64,000 nt of DNA from Stylophora pistillata (taxonomy: Eukaryota): contig NW_019217908.1 of the NCBI RefSeq assembly GCF_002571385.2, positions 150,924-214,923 of the forward strand, written 5' to 3'. Under the pieces are notes generated by a model. It was given only the letters and a program-made list of their open reading frames with translations. It searched no databases and was not told the origin of the DNA. A program made the translations under genes and the position numbers. Positions 27,301-42,300 of the stretch are shown here, in pieces; position 1 is the stretch's first letter; each line of letters starts with the position of its first letter.

Positions 27301-30300
27301 CCCCTGCCGTGCTTATCGACTGCCAGCCCAGGTGCCTCCCGGTCAAGGTCTTTGTATGTCGTGATCAAACCCTGAATAGAAATAAAAGGCATGTGAATGA
27401 TGAGCGAAGAATGAACCTTAATATTTTTTTTTTTAAGAAAAACTCAAGCTTCAAACAAACTTGTTCAAACTTTTACTTTCTACTGCGTACAAAAGTAACT
27501 GCTAAAGATCTAGTAAAAGGAGAGAGTACCAAACGAAATCGATGCTTGCAATTTGAGCTTCCATTTTCAAACAAAAGATATGGAACAAAATAATGCCATG
27601 CAGACTCGAAGGGTACAGATAGTGGGAAGAAGTACGAACGGTGTAGGTGATCCCCTGGGTTTTCAATAAAAAAACAACTTGGCGTGAACCCTCAATAGCA
27701 TAGTCTAAAGTTACCAATCCCCCCAACCCCCACCCTGCTTGTAACAGGGACTTTAAGCAGTCAGGACGGCAACGCCACGGAAGACGTCGATTAAAAAATG
27801 AGTTTCTACTTTTAGTTAAAATTTCGAAAGTGGCTGCATGTGTTTACCGTCTCATAGGGCGCCAGACCTCAAACTCAACATAACGCATAAAAGTAGCGTT
27901 GAGTTCTAAATGTAAATTAAAATAATTTGCCGCCGCGGTTTCGCTTCGCAGACGACGCAAATTTTGGTGATTTCACGTTGTTGTTTTGCAAAGGACGGCT
28001 AAGAAATGTACAAAGTTTTAAAACGTACGTGCTGGGCTATTGTTCTGCCAATTAGATCTATTGTTTTTCCACGTTCTCGTTGCCGTAGCCGTCGTGGTCC
28101 ATGCATACGCTCTTGCAAAATGTTTTACTGTACCTATATAACTGTTTTATTTGCTCGTATATGAACATAAACCTGCACTTGCCTTACAAATAAAAACAAG
28201 ATTTTCTCCTTAAATCCTTTGCAAACATTATGACTCCTTTTATCTTACCGTGTTTCCATCAATAAGGAAGACATCTCCCAGATTTCCTCCATTGATAGAG
28301 TAGGTAATGTTTTTGTTGTCCCCGGCATCCGAATCGGTAGCATTTACTTGTATCACGTATATTCCCGCCGTATCGTTGCCCTCAGTAAGTGTCACCGTCA
28401 TGACTTGTGGAACAAACTTTGGAGAGTTGTCGTTTATGTCTGTCACGTGAACAGTCACTTCCTTGCGACCCTGATAAATAAAGAAAGCAAAATATGTAAA
28501 AACTGAATTTTTTTGTGATTTATTCGTTTCAGTAGGAGTTTTTGCTGAAGCAAACATGATTATTAAATATTGTCAATTGCAATGGGTCATAACTCATAAA
28601 CTTCCTCCAAGATAAGAAAAAGAATAGCCATGTCTGACAGGAATCTCAGTGCTGTTGTTTGTGCAGAGGAAAGTAAGAACATTTCAGATCGATCTCTCGC
28701 TCACCTGTTTGTTTCCTGTGTCGGTTGCCACTACAGTCATTCGATAAACACCCTTTCCCTCTCTGTCAAGGTAAGCTGGACCTGTCCTGATTTCACCGGT
28801 GTTTGCCTCAACAGTAAATTTACCGTCTGATCCTGTCACGAAAAAAATTCAGTGCAACAATCAATACTTTTGTTGCGTTCATCGCAAGCAATGCACCAAA
28901 CCCCTACTCGCACGGTTTTCTAGAGATGCTCGAATAATATTATTCCCATACGAATGCACCAGAGCTTCGAATAGATTTGACGCGAAAAAAAAAAACTGAC
29001 GAAATCATTCAGTAAACAAACAAAACAGTTGATGTTTTGCGTGCAGTACCTTCAAGGCTGTACGTTATTCTTGCATTGTCGCCGAGATCCGCATCAGTCG
29101 CCCGCACACGGAGAACAAACAGTCCGCTAGGTGACATCTACCAAAAGAAAAAAAAGGAATTAGAGTCTCTGTTTGCGACACGAAAGAATTTGACAACAGT
29201 AAATGGTAAAAGAGCAAACGACGATTTTAGGCGCCACTCTTCTTTCTTCTCGGGTTTGCAAATACTTCTCTGGCACTTAAATTCATCATAACTGACTTTC
29301 TTGAATCTGCTCTCGTAGGGAAAGTGAGGTAAATTCCTGTAGTAACGTTCCATGTGTAAGATTGCTTGTGTACGATTGCTTTTGTAAGGTTGTTTAAACG
29401 AAAATCGATACTTGCATTCAATTGAATCTATTTCACAAGTAAATTTCAATGAGACAAAAATCACAGAAGAATGATAATGAATCTAAAGTAGGCAAAAGTT
29501 AATGGAGGACAAACTAATCCTTATTTAAACAACTGAGCCCTAATCGTCATTTCAGACACCCAAAGCATTGAAAAGAATTATGCAATCTGGCACAAACCCT
29601 TACGACTCACCTCTGGCACATCTGCTGAATATTGAATCGAGGCATTAAACTCTGGATTCCTGTCATTCACATCCGTGAGTCGGATCTCCAGTATCACACT
29701 ACTGTTGTGGAGACCGTCTGACACAAATATCTAAAACGATTGGAGTGAATTACAGTCAAGCGGGTTACTCAAAAGATAAGACAAAACGTTTGAAAATTTA
29801 AGAACCTTAATGTGCACCCCTAATGTCGGAGCTTGTATCCCAATTTCCGTAGCATCAGACCTTGACATGGACTTTGGATTTTTCAGTTGTTGTTGCTGGT
29901 TTTTTTTTTTCTTTCAGTTTCCTTAGCAGTTTACCGGGAGATAATTTTTATCCCCGGTTGAGAAGTTAAGAGTATTAGTTAACTCTTAAAGTTTCTGTCC
30001 CATGAACATAACAGTGGGGCTCAAGCCGGACCACAATCGAGAGCAAGTTACTAGATTTACAACGCAAACTATGATAAAAATAGGGCGGCAAATATTTAAC
30101 ATCATGGTCTACTTACGATTAGTTTGTAAAGATCTTTTGTTTCCCGGTCCAGTGGCTTTGCCACGGTTATCACCCCAAGGTATTTCCCGCCACTTTTGGT
30201 CGTCGTTATGCCAAAGTTGCCATTCGGATCACCACTCAGAATGCTGTATGTCAGCTGAAATAGCAGAGAGACCAGAAATATTGCGAGCTAAGCTTATGGC

Positions 30301-33300
30301 TCTCTAAAGAGTTTTTCCTGCTTCAATCACATTATCCTTTAGTTCTGCCTTGAACTAATAAAACCCCACAAAAGTTGGGTATCATACACGCTTTTACAGA
30401 GGAGAAATCAAAAATTGCTTAGCATAGACATCGTTATACTCATTTAGAGCTTCCCAACTTTTGGGAAACCAATCCCAAGTTTTGATTTTCAGGTTGATAA
30501 TTTAATAGCTGACGGGAATAGAATAAAAATTTGTGTCCGTATCCCAAATTGCATAGTTTTCAACTCATGGTTGAAGATAAGCCCTACATAACTGATGATT
30601 GAGCCCTGCGTAACAATGCAAGATTCACAAGAAAAATAAAATGGTTGTATTCTGAATCAGCCCCATTCTCAACATGTTGCTTTCGCATTTTACTTGATTA
30701 GCGTTAAACTGGTAGCAACGTACGGATTTAATTCTTGACGAAGTCGACACTTTTTTTAATTATTTCATCATTCTCTGCCATTGTTTTCATTGCAGTTTAC
30801 CAGTGAGGACCTAATGGTCACTGTCACTTACAGGGGAAAACTATAATGCAGATCGTATTATTTCTAATCAACGTCTTTGAGACCGTTTGCTTTGAGGAAC
30901 GTTAACAGGAATAATACCACTGTATTCTCCAGGCTATCTTTGTCTGTGGCTTCTACTGTTGTCACACTGGTCCCCACAGAACTGTCTTCTGAAGTTTCAC
31001 TCTGGTAATCTTGGAATTGAAAAACTGGGGTGCGGTCATTTATATCCTTCAGCAAAATTGTCACCTGAAACAAATTGATTTTATGTTATTACATTTTACT
31101 ATCTTCTGCTCTTCAATTGCTGACCTACATTCTTATCGCAAGTTAACTGTATAAAGTAACTCACCGATGTTTCACCGTACCGAGGTGGGTTCCCGTTGTC
31201 TGTGGCCCTCACACGAAGCGTATAGTTTGGTATAATTTCTCTATCAAGAGGCTTCAGAACTACGATGATTCCCTATTAAAAAAATAAGTTTTAATTTTTT
31301 AGAATGCCATTTGGGCGAAAAATCAGTGTGCATCTCAAGGTGACGATTTCTCTTCAAGGCTCCAATTGAACAACTCACCGAGTCATAAAATATCTTAAAC
31401 TGTCCATATGGATCACCAGCCGAGATGTTATACCCAATACGAGACCCAATGGCCGAGTCCCTCTCCGTCGCCTTGACCTGAACCACGTGACCACCGATTG
31501 TCTCATTCTCCCAGACCTCCACACTATACATGGGCCGCTCGAATTTGGGATTATTGTCATTTTCATCAACCAAAGTGATGTTTACATGAAGTTTAGAGCT
31601 GTTGAGCGGTGGAGTGCCTTGATCCATTGCCACGACATAGAATGTGTAACTAGAGAGAAAGAGAAGTCGGTGAAAACAACGCTAGATGAAATTCCGACGA
31701 CTTTCTTTTTGTGTAAGTTACATTACAGTACCATTTGACACGTAGCTTAATAGGAGTCTTGGTGTTTAACATGTATCAGTTCCAATGGGCTAACAACAAA
31801 CACGAAGGAGTCCAGGACGCACATTGCCTCACTTACTTCTGTTGTTTTTCGAAGTCTAACTTCCCAATTGTTGTTATTACTCCAGTATCTGCGTTGATTG
31901 CAAATTTTCCCTCAGCGGAGTACCCCGCGTAGGTGAGAACTTTGTTACTGCCAACATCCGGGTCATCGGCGATCAAGGTATAGACAGGCATGCCAGGAAG
32001 TGCAGACTCGCTGATCAGAATGGTCAGCGGGAGCGCACGGAAGAATGGTGGATTGTCATTGGCATCAGCTATGTTGACATCCACTTCAACACTTGCAGAT
32101 TTAGGTTCCCCTGAAAATCAGAGTATGAAATGTAATAAAAAGTTTAATGGCAAACAATATTACACCGAAACCTTTCTATGGCGGATCCCATAATTAGCAG
32201 ACACCCTGCGTAATGCAAACATTAGCGCACGTCCCAAATTGTTTTTTCTCCTACATTTACGGTAAGATGAACCTGAAATCAGCGGAAACCTCTGTTACAC
32301 GGACGCGGGAACCAAAGTTGAGCGCATTTTTTACCTTGGCAATTGATTGTTATTATCAACCCGAAATAAAATAATTAACCAGGTTACTCAAGGCCTTTGT
32401 AATAAAAAAAAAACCCTTATTTTTCTGGTCCAAATCATAACCAAGAAAATATCTCTTTGAATGGACTAGTTGTCATCAATTTTATTGGCCTACCTGCGCG
32501 GTCCTGGGCAGTAACTGTCAGTTCGTAAGCACTCTTCGTTTCTCTGTCCAACTTTTTAATGACTGTTATATTTCCCGATGAATCAATGGAGAACACGCCT
32601 CCATCATTACCAGCTATAAACAACAACAAAACGAAAATTCAACCTAGAATTAAGGTGAACAGGCCTTAGAATTGACCCGAAATTAAAAAAAGAATTGGAA
32701 ACTATTGCTTTCGGATCGGCTCAAAACTCCTGAGTCGTGATCACCTTCTAAATAAAATTAAAATTTACAGTCCTAGATGTTTGCCTCCGTGCTTGGCCAT
32801 GTTAGGCGAAATAAAGCATTTCTAGCGAAAGAAAATAGACTTCCTATGCTTAAATTTCAAACTAAACCGATTCTCTCATGGAAGTGAAACAATGATGGGT
32901 GATAACTTTGTTTCAACGAGTCACGAATTGTTTCTTAAACTTTGACAACAAATTTGCAAGTCTTCAGTGAGTTATTAGACCTGTGATGGAGTACACAATC
33001 TCCCCAGCCAATTCTTCGTCTTCATCCACTGCATGAACTGCGGTAACAACTGCACCGATATCACTGTCCTCTCTGATTTCAGCTAAATACGTAAATTTAT
33101 CAAACCGAGGAGCATTATCGTTCACGTCAGATACTGTTACATTGACCAAGACCGTAGAAGATTGGGGCACGGGATACCCATGATCTCTCGCGGTCACAAT
33201 CAGTGAATAGCCGTTGGGTTTGGTTTCACGATCAACTTTGGTCACGATGCTGATAACGCCTAAAATAACAAAAGAAAGTTTTCAAAATATGGCCTCAATT

Positions 33301-36300
33301 AGTTGTAATTATTTTTATAGATTGAACTCCGACGCTGTGACGACATTCAGCTGGAACTTGAATTTACTAACAAATTCTGGGTTAAAAAAAAAAGTCTGTT
33401 AAGATGGCTGCAATTTCACTTCGTTCAGAGCAAGGAAACGTTTTCGTTACTTTTCATGATTGAGTGTTAGGATACCACAGATGAACAAATCCACGACCAA
33501 TCAGAATAAAGGAATTTATCAAATAGAGTCAGTAACAACACTGAGTAGTAATGAGTAAACTCGGTACCCTTTTGTAAGCTTTAATTCGTTTTCGTTTTAG
33601 AGTCTGTTTGTTTATGAGCCAAGTAGCTCACCAGACCGGTGTTTACCTCTGGTTTTTGTAGGGAGTATCTACTCCCCCCTGGATGGGATGCTAGTCCATC
33701 GCAGGGTTACCCCCCAGTATTAAATTCCCCGGTACCCATTTAAACACCCAGGTGAAGACATACACTGTGAGAGTAAAGCGTCTTGCCTAAGAACACAACA
33801 TAATGTCCCCGGCCAGGGCTCGAACCCAGACCGCTCAATCCAGAGTCGAGCGCACTAACCAGGACGCCACTGCGCCTCCCTTTACTTTTAGTGAATTTCT
33901 AGACCGGTCAGAGGTCAGGATAAAAAGTAAACCATAAAGTAATCCAGGTTTTCTTACCCTATGAAAATTTAATACACTTACCAGATGTTCTGTTGATCGC
34001 AAAGACCCCGTCCCCTCCCGTGAGAGTGAATATCAAATCAGCGTTATTGCCGTAATCTGGGTCATCAGCTGACACCCGAATGATGGATGACGACACAGTG
34101 GCATTCTCACTGATAGCTACCAAGTAAACAGACTCAGTGAATTGTGGCCGGTTGTCATTTTGATCTTCGACGTTAACTTCTAAAGACACACTTGTGCTCT
34201 GTAGAAAAAAGACAGAATGGAAATGACAAACATGTCGAAAACAAAAATTTAAGCAAGGGCTTGACCTTCCTCGCTTACATGTTACACATGTTTGCGAAAC
34301 AGTCCCCGAAGAGAAAGAAGAATTTCGCCCCAAAATTGCTGTCCCAATAAGCTCCAAAAGCAATCAAGCATGGGTACAATGAAAGGAATGTATCACGGCA
34401 ATCATTCGAAAGAATCATTTGAAAATGTCTGAAAATCTCAGAGTAATATAAATGAAATTAGACAGAAAAATACGACCTTCATCGAAAGAAGAAGAGAAAC
34501 ATATACGCTAATTTGTTCTCTGTTCACTTGAAGTTATTTTTTCCCTCTGCATTTTATTATTAACCGGGTTTACTATAACAAACGCTTCCTCTTCGTGTTC
34601 CTTTGTTCCTTTTTATTTTAAACCTGAAACTTAACTAAACTGTTTAAAAGTAACTCTATTAAAAAGACGCACAGTAAGACTGTGGTTCGCTCAAGTAATG
34701 GCCCTTGATTTTATCTGATATTCCTACTGTAGCTAACCAATAAAAATAACTTAGTTCCAAACCTTTGCAGCACCCCCTCCCCCATCAGTAGCCACTACAG
34801 TCAGTTGGTATTGAGCCTGCTCCTCTCTGTCCAGCGGTTGAGTTGTGTAGAGAATGCCAGTTGTTAAATTTACAGCAAACTTATTGCTGTTTACAGAAAA
34901 AGTAACTCGCCCATTTGAGCCATGATCGGCATCTTTGACCGAGAGCTGTATGGGAATAAAGGACAAAGACACCTCTGGGAGTTAGAAGGGTATGACATGA
35001 GAAAAAAGACCCTATGGCTCCATGAACAGAGAAAAGTTTTTGTGGAATACAAACTACATCGGAATCTCAAGATAAAAGTTGATACACTGTCACTGACTCC
35101 CCCAGGATGAGATGCTAATTCAACGCAGCTTACCTCCCACCACCATGATATCGGAATTTTGTGAAATTTTGCTAGTCCTTATCTGTATTTCTAGATGGGG
35201 AAAGGCATACGGAGAGTTTTAACTTAAAAGTCTCTTGCTTGAGAGTAAGAAACATTAATCCAGATAGGCCAGGGCTCGCGCCAAGAGCCTTTCGGTCTGA
35301 ATACCAGTGCGCCAATCTTAGTCAATCGTATAACTCCAACAACAAAGAAAACATCACAAGATTCAAACTGAAGGGGTCCAAAACTACACTTTCAGCGCTG
35401 CACAAAGCTTTGTATGCCATGAAAGTGTCCTCCTGGATACTTACACTGAGAACGCTTTGACCAGAAGGTAAATTCTCCATGACGCCTGCAATGTAAGAAC
35501 TTGGTGTAATGCTCGGGGCATTATCATTCAAATCTGCAATGTCTATTGTCACTTGCACAGTGCTTTGTAATGACGGCGAACCACCTGAAAGAAACACATA
35601 CCGGCAAACTTGGTAAGATCCTCTCTCTCGCGTAAATCGTTCGATAGAAATACTCTGCAATAAGATGTGCATACAAGTTTCGAAAAACGAAAGAACAAAC
35701 AAAACACAGGGAAGAAGAGGTACAATATCTTTTAAGTTCCTTCTAGGTGACAATGAAGTCTTGATCAGCAAGTTGCATCTAATTGATGTCAAGAAAGTTT
35801 ACCCAAGCAAAGCCATTCAACAAATAACGATGCTATACAGAGGTTTTTTTCTGATTGTTTTAAAAATAATGCTCCTTTTCTCGCAGTAAAGAAGACTTTA
35901 AATTAGCAAAATCAATACCGCTTTGAACGCTGCTAATATCCTTTTATTTTTCATAATCTATTGGTTAAATTGCTTTTCTTATCTTAGAAAAGACTTCTCA
36001 CCGTCGCTGGCCTCTACTCCCAGCACGTACTGATGCATATCTTCTCGGTCCAGATCCCTAGCGACTTTAATCTCTCCTGTCATAACATCGATAGTGAATG
36101 CATTCCTTACATTACCGCTGACTATGCTGTAAGATACTACGCTTTTCACACCCTGGTCAGTGTCATCTGCCCGAACCTAGCAAAAAGCGTTTTATTGAAA
36201 ACGTCACAAACTAGTGTTGAAAATAAAGAGACTAGTGGTTCATCAATGCCAGTGCTTATCCCAATTTTACTAAACGTTGCTAGCCTTCCCCGACGGAGTG

Positions 36301-39300
36301 CTAACCTATCACAGGATGTCCTCGGGTGTTATAGCGCCTACAATTCAACTATTTACCATTAAAAAAGCTTCTTTCAACCGTAAAAGGTTCCTTCTCAGGA
36401 AGGTCCCACAACACAATAACCCCTCGCTCCGAAGCTAAGCGCACTAACCTCTGACCGACCGCATTACCTATATCATCTTACCTAGTGCGTTTAAAAGGTA
36501 CCCCGGCGATATGTGACCGCAATTTAAGGGACTCAGGATTGAGAGGTCTGGGCATGAGATCTGGCGGGATCTTTATGTTGTGCTTTTGGCCAGGACACTA
36601 AACATTACTTGTGCCTCTCTCCACCCAGGAGTATTAGTGAGTAGCGGAGCTGAACCGTCAAGAAAGCCTCACGAAATTCTGTGGATTAACCTGTAATGGA
36701 CGTGCATCTTATCATGTGGGAGCAGCAAGTCGGGATAAGTTACAGAGGGAGTGCCATTCAGCTAAACAGAAAACTTGTACTATTTGGGACCCGAAAGAAC
36801 CTGGGTACAATTTCAGCGATGCATTGCAACAACTCCACGCCCAGAAACACCGCCTCAAGCTAAGGTAAATTAAATAAGCATGTTATTTAAGAAGAAATGA
36901 CAGAAATTCTTTTTTCACTTCACCTGCAACGCGACAAATCCTACACTAGAATGCTCCAGAAGATCTGCGAAGTAGCTTGCATTCTCAAATACCGGTGGGT
37001 TATCGTTCGCATCCAGGACTTGCATTGCCACAACGGTTGTATTGTATCGAGGGTGAATTGGATCTAGATCCATTGCACGTACCTCGAAACTATAGTTCGC
37101 CTTGGTCTCTCGATCCAGTACTCCAATGGCAGTTATTACGCCATAGTCTGACAGTGCGAACTTGTCTTTGTACTGGGGAGAGCTTGGCATATCTTTCCCC
37201 GTAACATGTCCTGGAATTGAAATAGTTCATTTCATAAAACCTAACCTGAAAGACCCACAGAGTAACTAATTGATCAATGGATGCTGAAGGAAGGACGAAC
37301 CGATTGACATAAAATTGCAATAAATATATTTTATCTCGTTGCCCTGAGGTTGTCAATTGGTCGTAGGGCAATAAAGGGGATACAAAGAAAGAAAAAAGGG
37401 AGATATAAATAAATTTCATTTCCAATTTTGAGGCCACTGACGTTTAGGAGCAACATTAAAGGACAGCTTGAAAGCATCGAAATTTGAATGCTGCAAGGCA
37501 AAGTGTAAGGAACACATCTATAACATAATTTTTAATATTACCGGACTGAAAATTTCAACTTTATCTGATCGTCGCTGACCTCAAAACTGAAAGACAGACT
37601 AATTCCTCATTTAAATTCATGGTTCACATTTTGTACCGAAACCATTTTCTTATGACAAATGGGGTTTTGCCAAGTTTGGATTTTGCCAAGTTACTACTCG
37701 TGACAGAGATGAAGACGTTTTATCAACACCTACGTGATATTTTATAGGAATGCAGGACTTCCTCATCAGTAAGGCGCTTGCGCCAAATTAGAAGATCGCT
37801 GACCGATAAGTTTCCATAATACTGAGGACTCTCAACATTGTTAGGTTTGCCAATGGTCAATGAGGTGAAAATATCGCTTCCACGTGTTACTTTCTCTGGG
37901 GCTTGTGTAGATGCGATCAGTTGTCCGTCTTGAAAGTAACGTAACCCTGCCTCTACACTCCATGTAAAAGTGAAGTAAAACCAATCCTGTATTTATCGAA
38001 AAAAGGGCAATTTTAATTCAATGTGAAAGCGATCAAAAATTTCTTTTCCTACACTTCGCTCTGTGATTGGTCTAAAAAATTGCTTCACTGGTAAGGTATG
38101 GTAAATTAAGCCAACATAATGCTATAGTCAGAATGTGTTCTCAACTGAACTTTGATAAGCCTTTGATTCTTAACAAGTTTTGCCTGCTGGTGCTAAGAGT
38201 GGAAGAGGAGGTTGAAGGGCTCTTAAAAGCTATTATTCTGAAGAATCAAATTGATCATAATGAAACATTTTGAGTTCAATTCTCGGCGTAATGCCATGAT
38301 TTCAAGGATGACACTCAAACGCACAATACTCGAACTGTCCTGGAACTGTATCTACTGAAACTCTCGACCAGACAGATAATTTAAAGTCGTTTGTATAGAT
38401 TCGCTTTGATATCTCATTGGCGTTCTCAAACAATAACTTTCTAATAGTGACCTCTGATCGGATCTAGATGTTCAAGCGCTCTGTTGTCGTTTAAACAAAG
38501 TCAACTTCATATGTTCAGTGTATCTGATTTATCATCACGGGTTTATTACGAATCAACTTAACGGCCTGCTCCCAGTTGGCTTGTTAGCTCAATTGGTAGA
38601 GCGCTGCACTAGTATCGCAGAGGTCAGTGGTTCGAATCCCGTACAGGCCTGATTTTTTTCAGGTCTGATTTTCGCTATTGCATAAATAGCGCTATCTACT
38701 GCGAAGGATCGTGCATCATACGTATTTAATACCGCAGTTCAAAATATATGAACTTCATATATTCATTGTAAAGTCAAATATTGTTCCAAAATTGATTTGG
38801 ATCAACAGGAACATTTAAAACCATATCTTACCGTTGGTATGTCGTTCAATTTTAGACTCCATTCACTAGTGGAGTTTTGCAAAACCAGCCTAAAGTCACC
38901 AGCCGCGGACTCCCGATAAAAATCGAATCCAGTGGCAAACCCTGACGCTCCGCCTGATGATATAACGTACTGACCAGAGACGAACTTTACCCAGAATGCA
39001 ATGGAGAGCCCTTCTGCACACAAACTCGGGTTACTAATGCAGTTATCTGGAAAGCAATACGAAAGTTAAGACATGATCTGAATAGTTGTTTTTAGTCGTT
39101 GTTGTTGCTTTTTTTGTTTGTTTGTTTGTTTGTTTTAGTTTCTTTTCTTTTTTTTTTTCTTTTTTTGCCTCCATCATGAAGTTTAAACGGTCAACTGACA
39201 ATGAAATAAATTTTCTCAATCGTGTGGGGCTTGAAAAACTACCAAACGTCATAAGACTCGGTAACAAAGATTAGAGCGTAGGAACGGTATAAAAGCGCCA

Positions 39301-42300
39301 TTGTAAAAGTTTCCAAAGCCATTCAAAGCCAAGACTCTCGATCTGGTTGTACTTCAAAACATTCATTTCAAGATGGCATGTATTTTTAAAATTAACGTCT
39401 CCCGCTCCTACTTCTGGAAAGGGAAAATCAATTAAAGAAAAATCCACAGTGTTTGACAAAAGTCGAGAATGTCGCCTTCACCTATAGCTTACGTTTCCTG
39501 TGAAAAGCCTGAGTCAGGCACATTACAAGGAATGGCAAACATGGCTTGACAAAAACGGCATAATCTTTTTAAGGAGCATGGTGCTTGGTGGGACGATAAA
39601 ACTCGAGAAAATACTTGGATCTCTGAAGGTGTCTCATTTTTTCCGAGCATTCTATTGAAACAGGAGAACTTAAGTTTGTATTCTCTCGATTAAAACCCTT
39701 TCCATATCATTTACCACCGCAATAAGCTGCCTTTCTGAATGAAAATCCAAAATCGGCCACTAGTGTCCAAAATCCAAATCGGCCATTGGTGTCCAAAAAC
39801 CAAAATTGGCCACCAGTGACCAAAATCAAAAATCAGCCACTGGTGTCCAAAATCAGCCACTAGTACCCAAAACCCAAAACTGGCCACTAGTGTCGAAAAT
39901 AAAATATCGGCCGCTGGTGTCCAAAGTCAAAAATCGGGCACAAAGGTCCAAATACAAAAATAGACAGTCAAAGACTGTATGTGGCTACTGGTATAACACA
40001 GTTTTTAAAGCACTGAAAATAACTAGAGGTTGTATAGAGACGCTAAAGGTAGTTTTCCAGAATATACACCTCACATGCAAAACGGGGAACCCACCGCATC
40101 CCCACTTATTTATGAGTACCCTGTTTCACAAGAGAAAGATAAATCAAGAACATTTTGTCTTATTATCCAACTGTGCTTCGTAGAGTACAAATAACGCGCG
40201 AGACGAGTACAAATATCACGCGATATTTGTACTTCAGAAATATCCGCGAAATTTTCCCGCACTGAAATAACAATTTGGCGTGTTGGATAAAAAATCTCTT
40301 ATTAGACGTTTTGTTGTGTACGGCAGAACTCGTAAAAATACTCAGCGATACTACACAACAAAAGGTCTAAAAAATTTATTGATTTTCAACCAATAATTAA
40401 ATGGTAACAAATAATACTATTAACAATAATACTGATAACAATAGTAATGTAATAATAATTAAAAGGGGCTAGCTAGAAAGCCTCATAGTTCCCCTATCCA
40501 ACAATAATTATCAATGCTTCTTTTAATTTCGCCTGCTAATCGTTAATAATTTTCTCATCTTATTGCATTTCCATCTTTTTGAGACTTTTGAGACTTTAGT
40601 TTCATATCGCTGTGATTAGAGTGACTATGTGACTATTTAAGCGTGACTACACGTGACCACGCGTGAACACGCAAGCAATGCATGAATAACTCACGCTAAC
40701 AAAACGAATTGATGAAATGAGGTATTGTGATGTCATATACACAAAGACTGAAACTTTGTCACAAAGAAAAGGCAAAAAAAAAACAACTGTGAAAACTTCT
40801 CATGCCCAAACATAATCTGTATTGAAAATCCCCCGTAAAAAGCGATTCATGATTTGTGACGAAAACCTTGATTCGAAACTATATTTATTGCATGACTCAC
40901 CAGATGTGATTATTTATTCATGAGGGGAACATGTCGTATCAGGTATCAGTCACGCACTTACATCACTGACTGATTCAACTTTTCTGTTCAACCATTCACA
41001 TGCGTTTCTGAAATTTATTACAAATAATCTCGTCTTGGCAAAATCCTTCTTAATGCATATCTAACGCAAGAGGACATTCGTCTGATTAAAATAAATCCTT
41101 CCTTCCTTCGTTTGTCTCTATATTGTAATGCAGACGTCATAGGGTCCATAGGTGAACTGGTCGACATAATCATAATCGAGGGCTTCATTTAAAACCGAGA
41201 TTTTAGCTGATGAGGCCTTTTGAATGTGTCATTGGCTTTCATCTTAGTACAAAACATACTGTGAAGTGTGTGTTTGAAGAGTAAAAGTATCCTCAAAGGA
41301 TTATGTTTTCAGTTTCGTGCCATTTTCCTTTCAAATACACTACAAACCCTCACTTGACGCCAGATTAACATAGTGACATTGCTTATGGAGAGGAATGTAG
41401 CAATACAACTTAAAAAAAAGGAGCCAGAGAGGTAAAATCGAAATGATGAGGTCAAGTAGCGGCGAGGGGTGTCGGATTCATGTGAGATAACCCTCAACCA
41501 TCCGGACCTCGAATTTAGTTATAGTGGGTTAACATCTATATATGGTTCGGGTTAGACTATCCGGTGATTATGGTAAGTGTATATGAATAGATGACTTTCC
41601 TTGCGCACGCGTAGGTAAGAGTTTATAGAACGGTGTGATGAAAAAACTTTCAACTGTTGACTCGTTTGCGTCATAAGAAAGAGGAAGCATTTTAAGGCTC
41701 ACGTATGGATTCCAAAATTAACCGATCAAAATATTCCTATTTCTTCAACTAGTTCATGCAATGTTTTAATCATTTTCGATGAAAACCAAAGTTGTCTAGG
41801 TATTAAAGAAGAGCCGGACTCAGTCGGAGCAGCTAAGGGATAGACGATGGTGGTTATCCGTTCGCTCCTCTAGAATTCATATCATTTATTTTTGTTCTTA
41901 TTTTGATTGTTTGTTTGTTTGTTTGTTTGTTTGTTTGTTTTCTCTATGAAATTTTTTTTTTATTCTTATTCATACTTTAAACCTGAGAATACTTTTTAAC
42001 ATGCATTGGTGTATATTCATTTCCTGTAAGGAATAAAGTTTCATCTTTCAGCTAAGTTTCTCAACCGCAGTTAGAAATATGAAAGAAGAAACAAGAAAAA
42101 GAAACTGTAAAAGGAAGTCAAGTTATGAGAAGGGTAAAGGGGGGGAATGGTAACCCTTCTCATACGGACCTCGAACTCCAAGTTAGTCTACGTTAACTTT
42201 TATAATTTCCTCTCCAAACGATTCAATAACTGTGGTGCACAATATTGGATATTGCCGTGAACACGCGCAGTACAGACAACGGTTCCATCTAAGTGTCCTC

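Noticed and set aside
38577-38650. Functional tRNA-Thr(AGT)
   Set aside because: T-stem (AGTGG/CCCGT) and anticodon stem mismatch, and flanks are shared with the copy at 50148-50280, so it is a SINE head.
41207-41230. CTGATGAGGCC hammerhead start
   Set aside because: No closing stem II or GAAA downstream.
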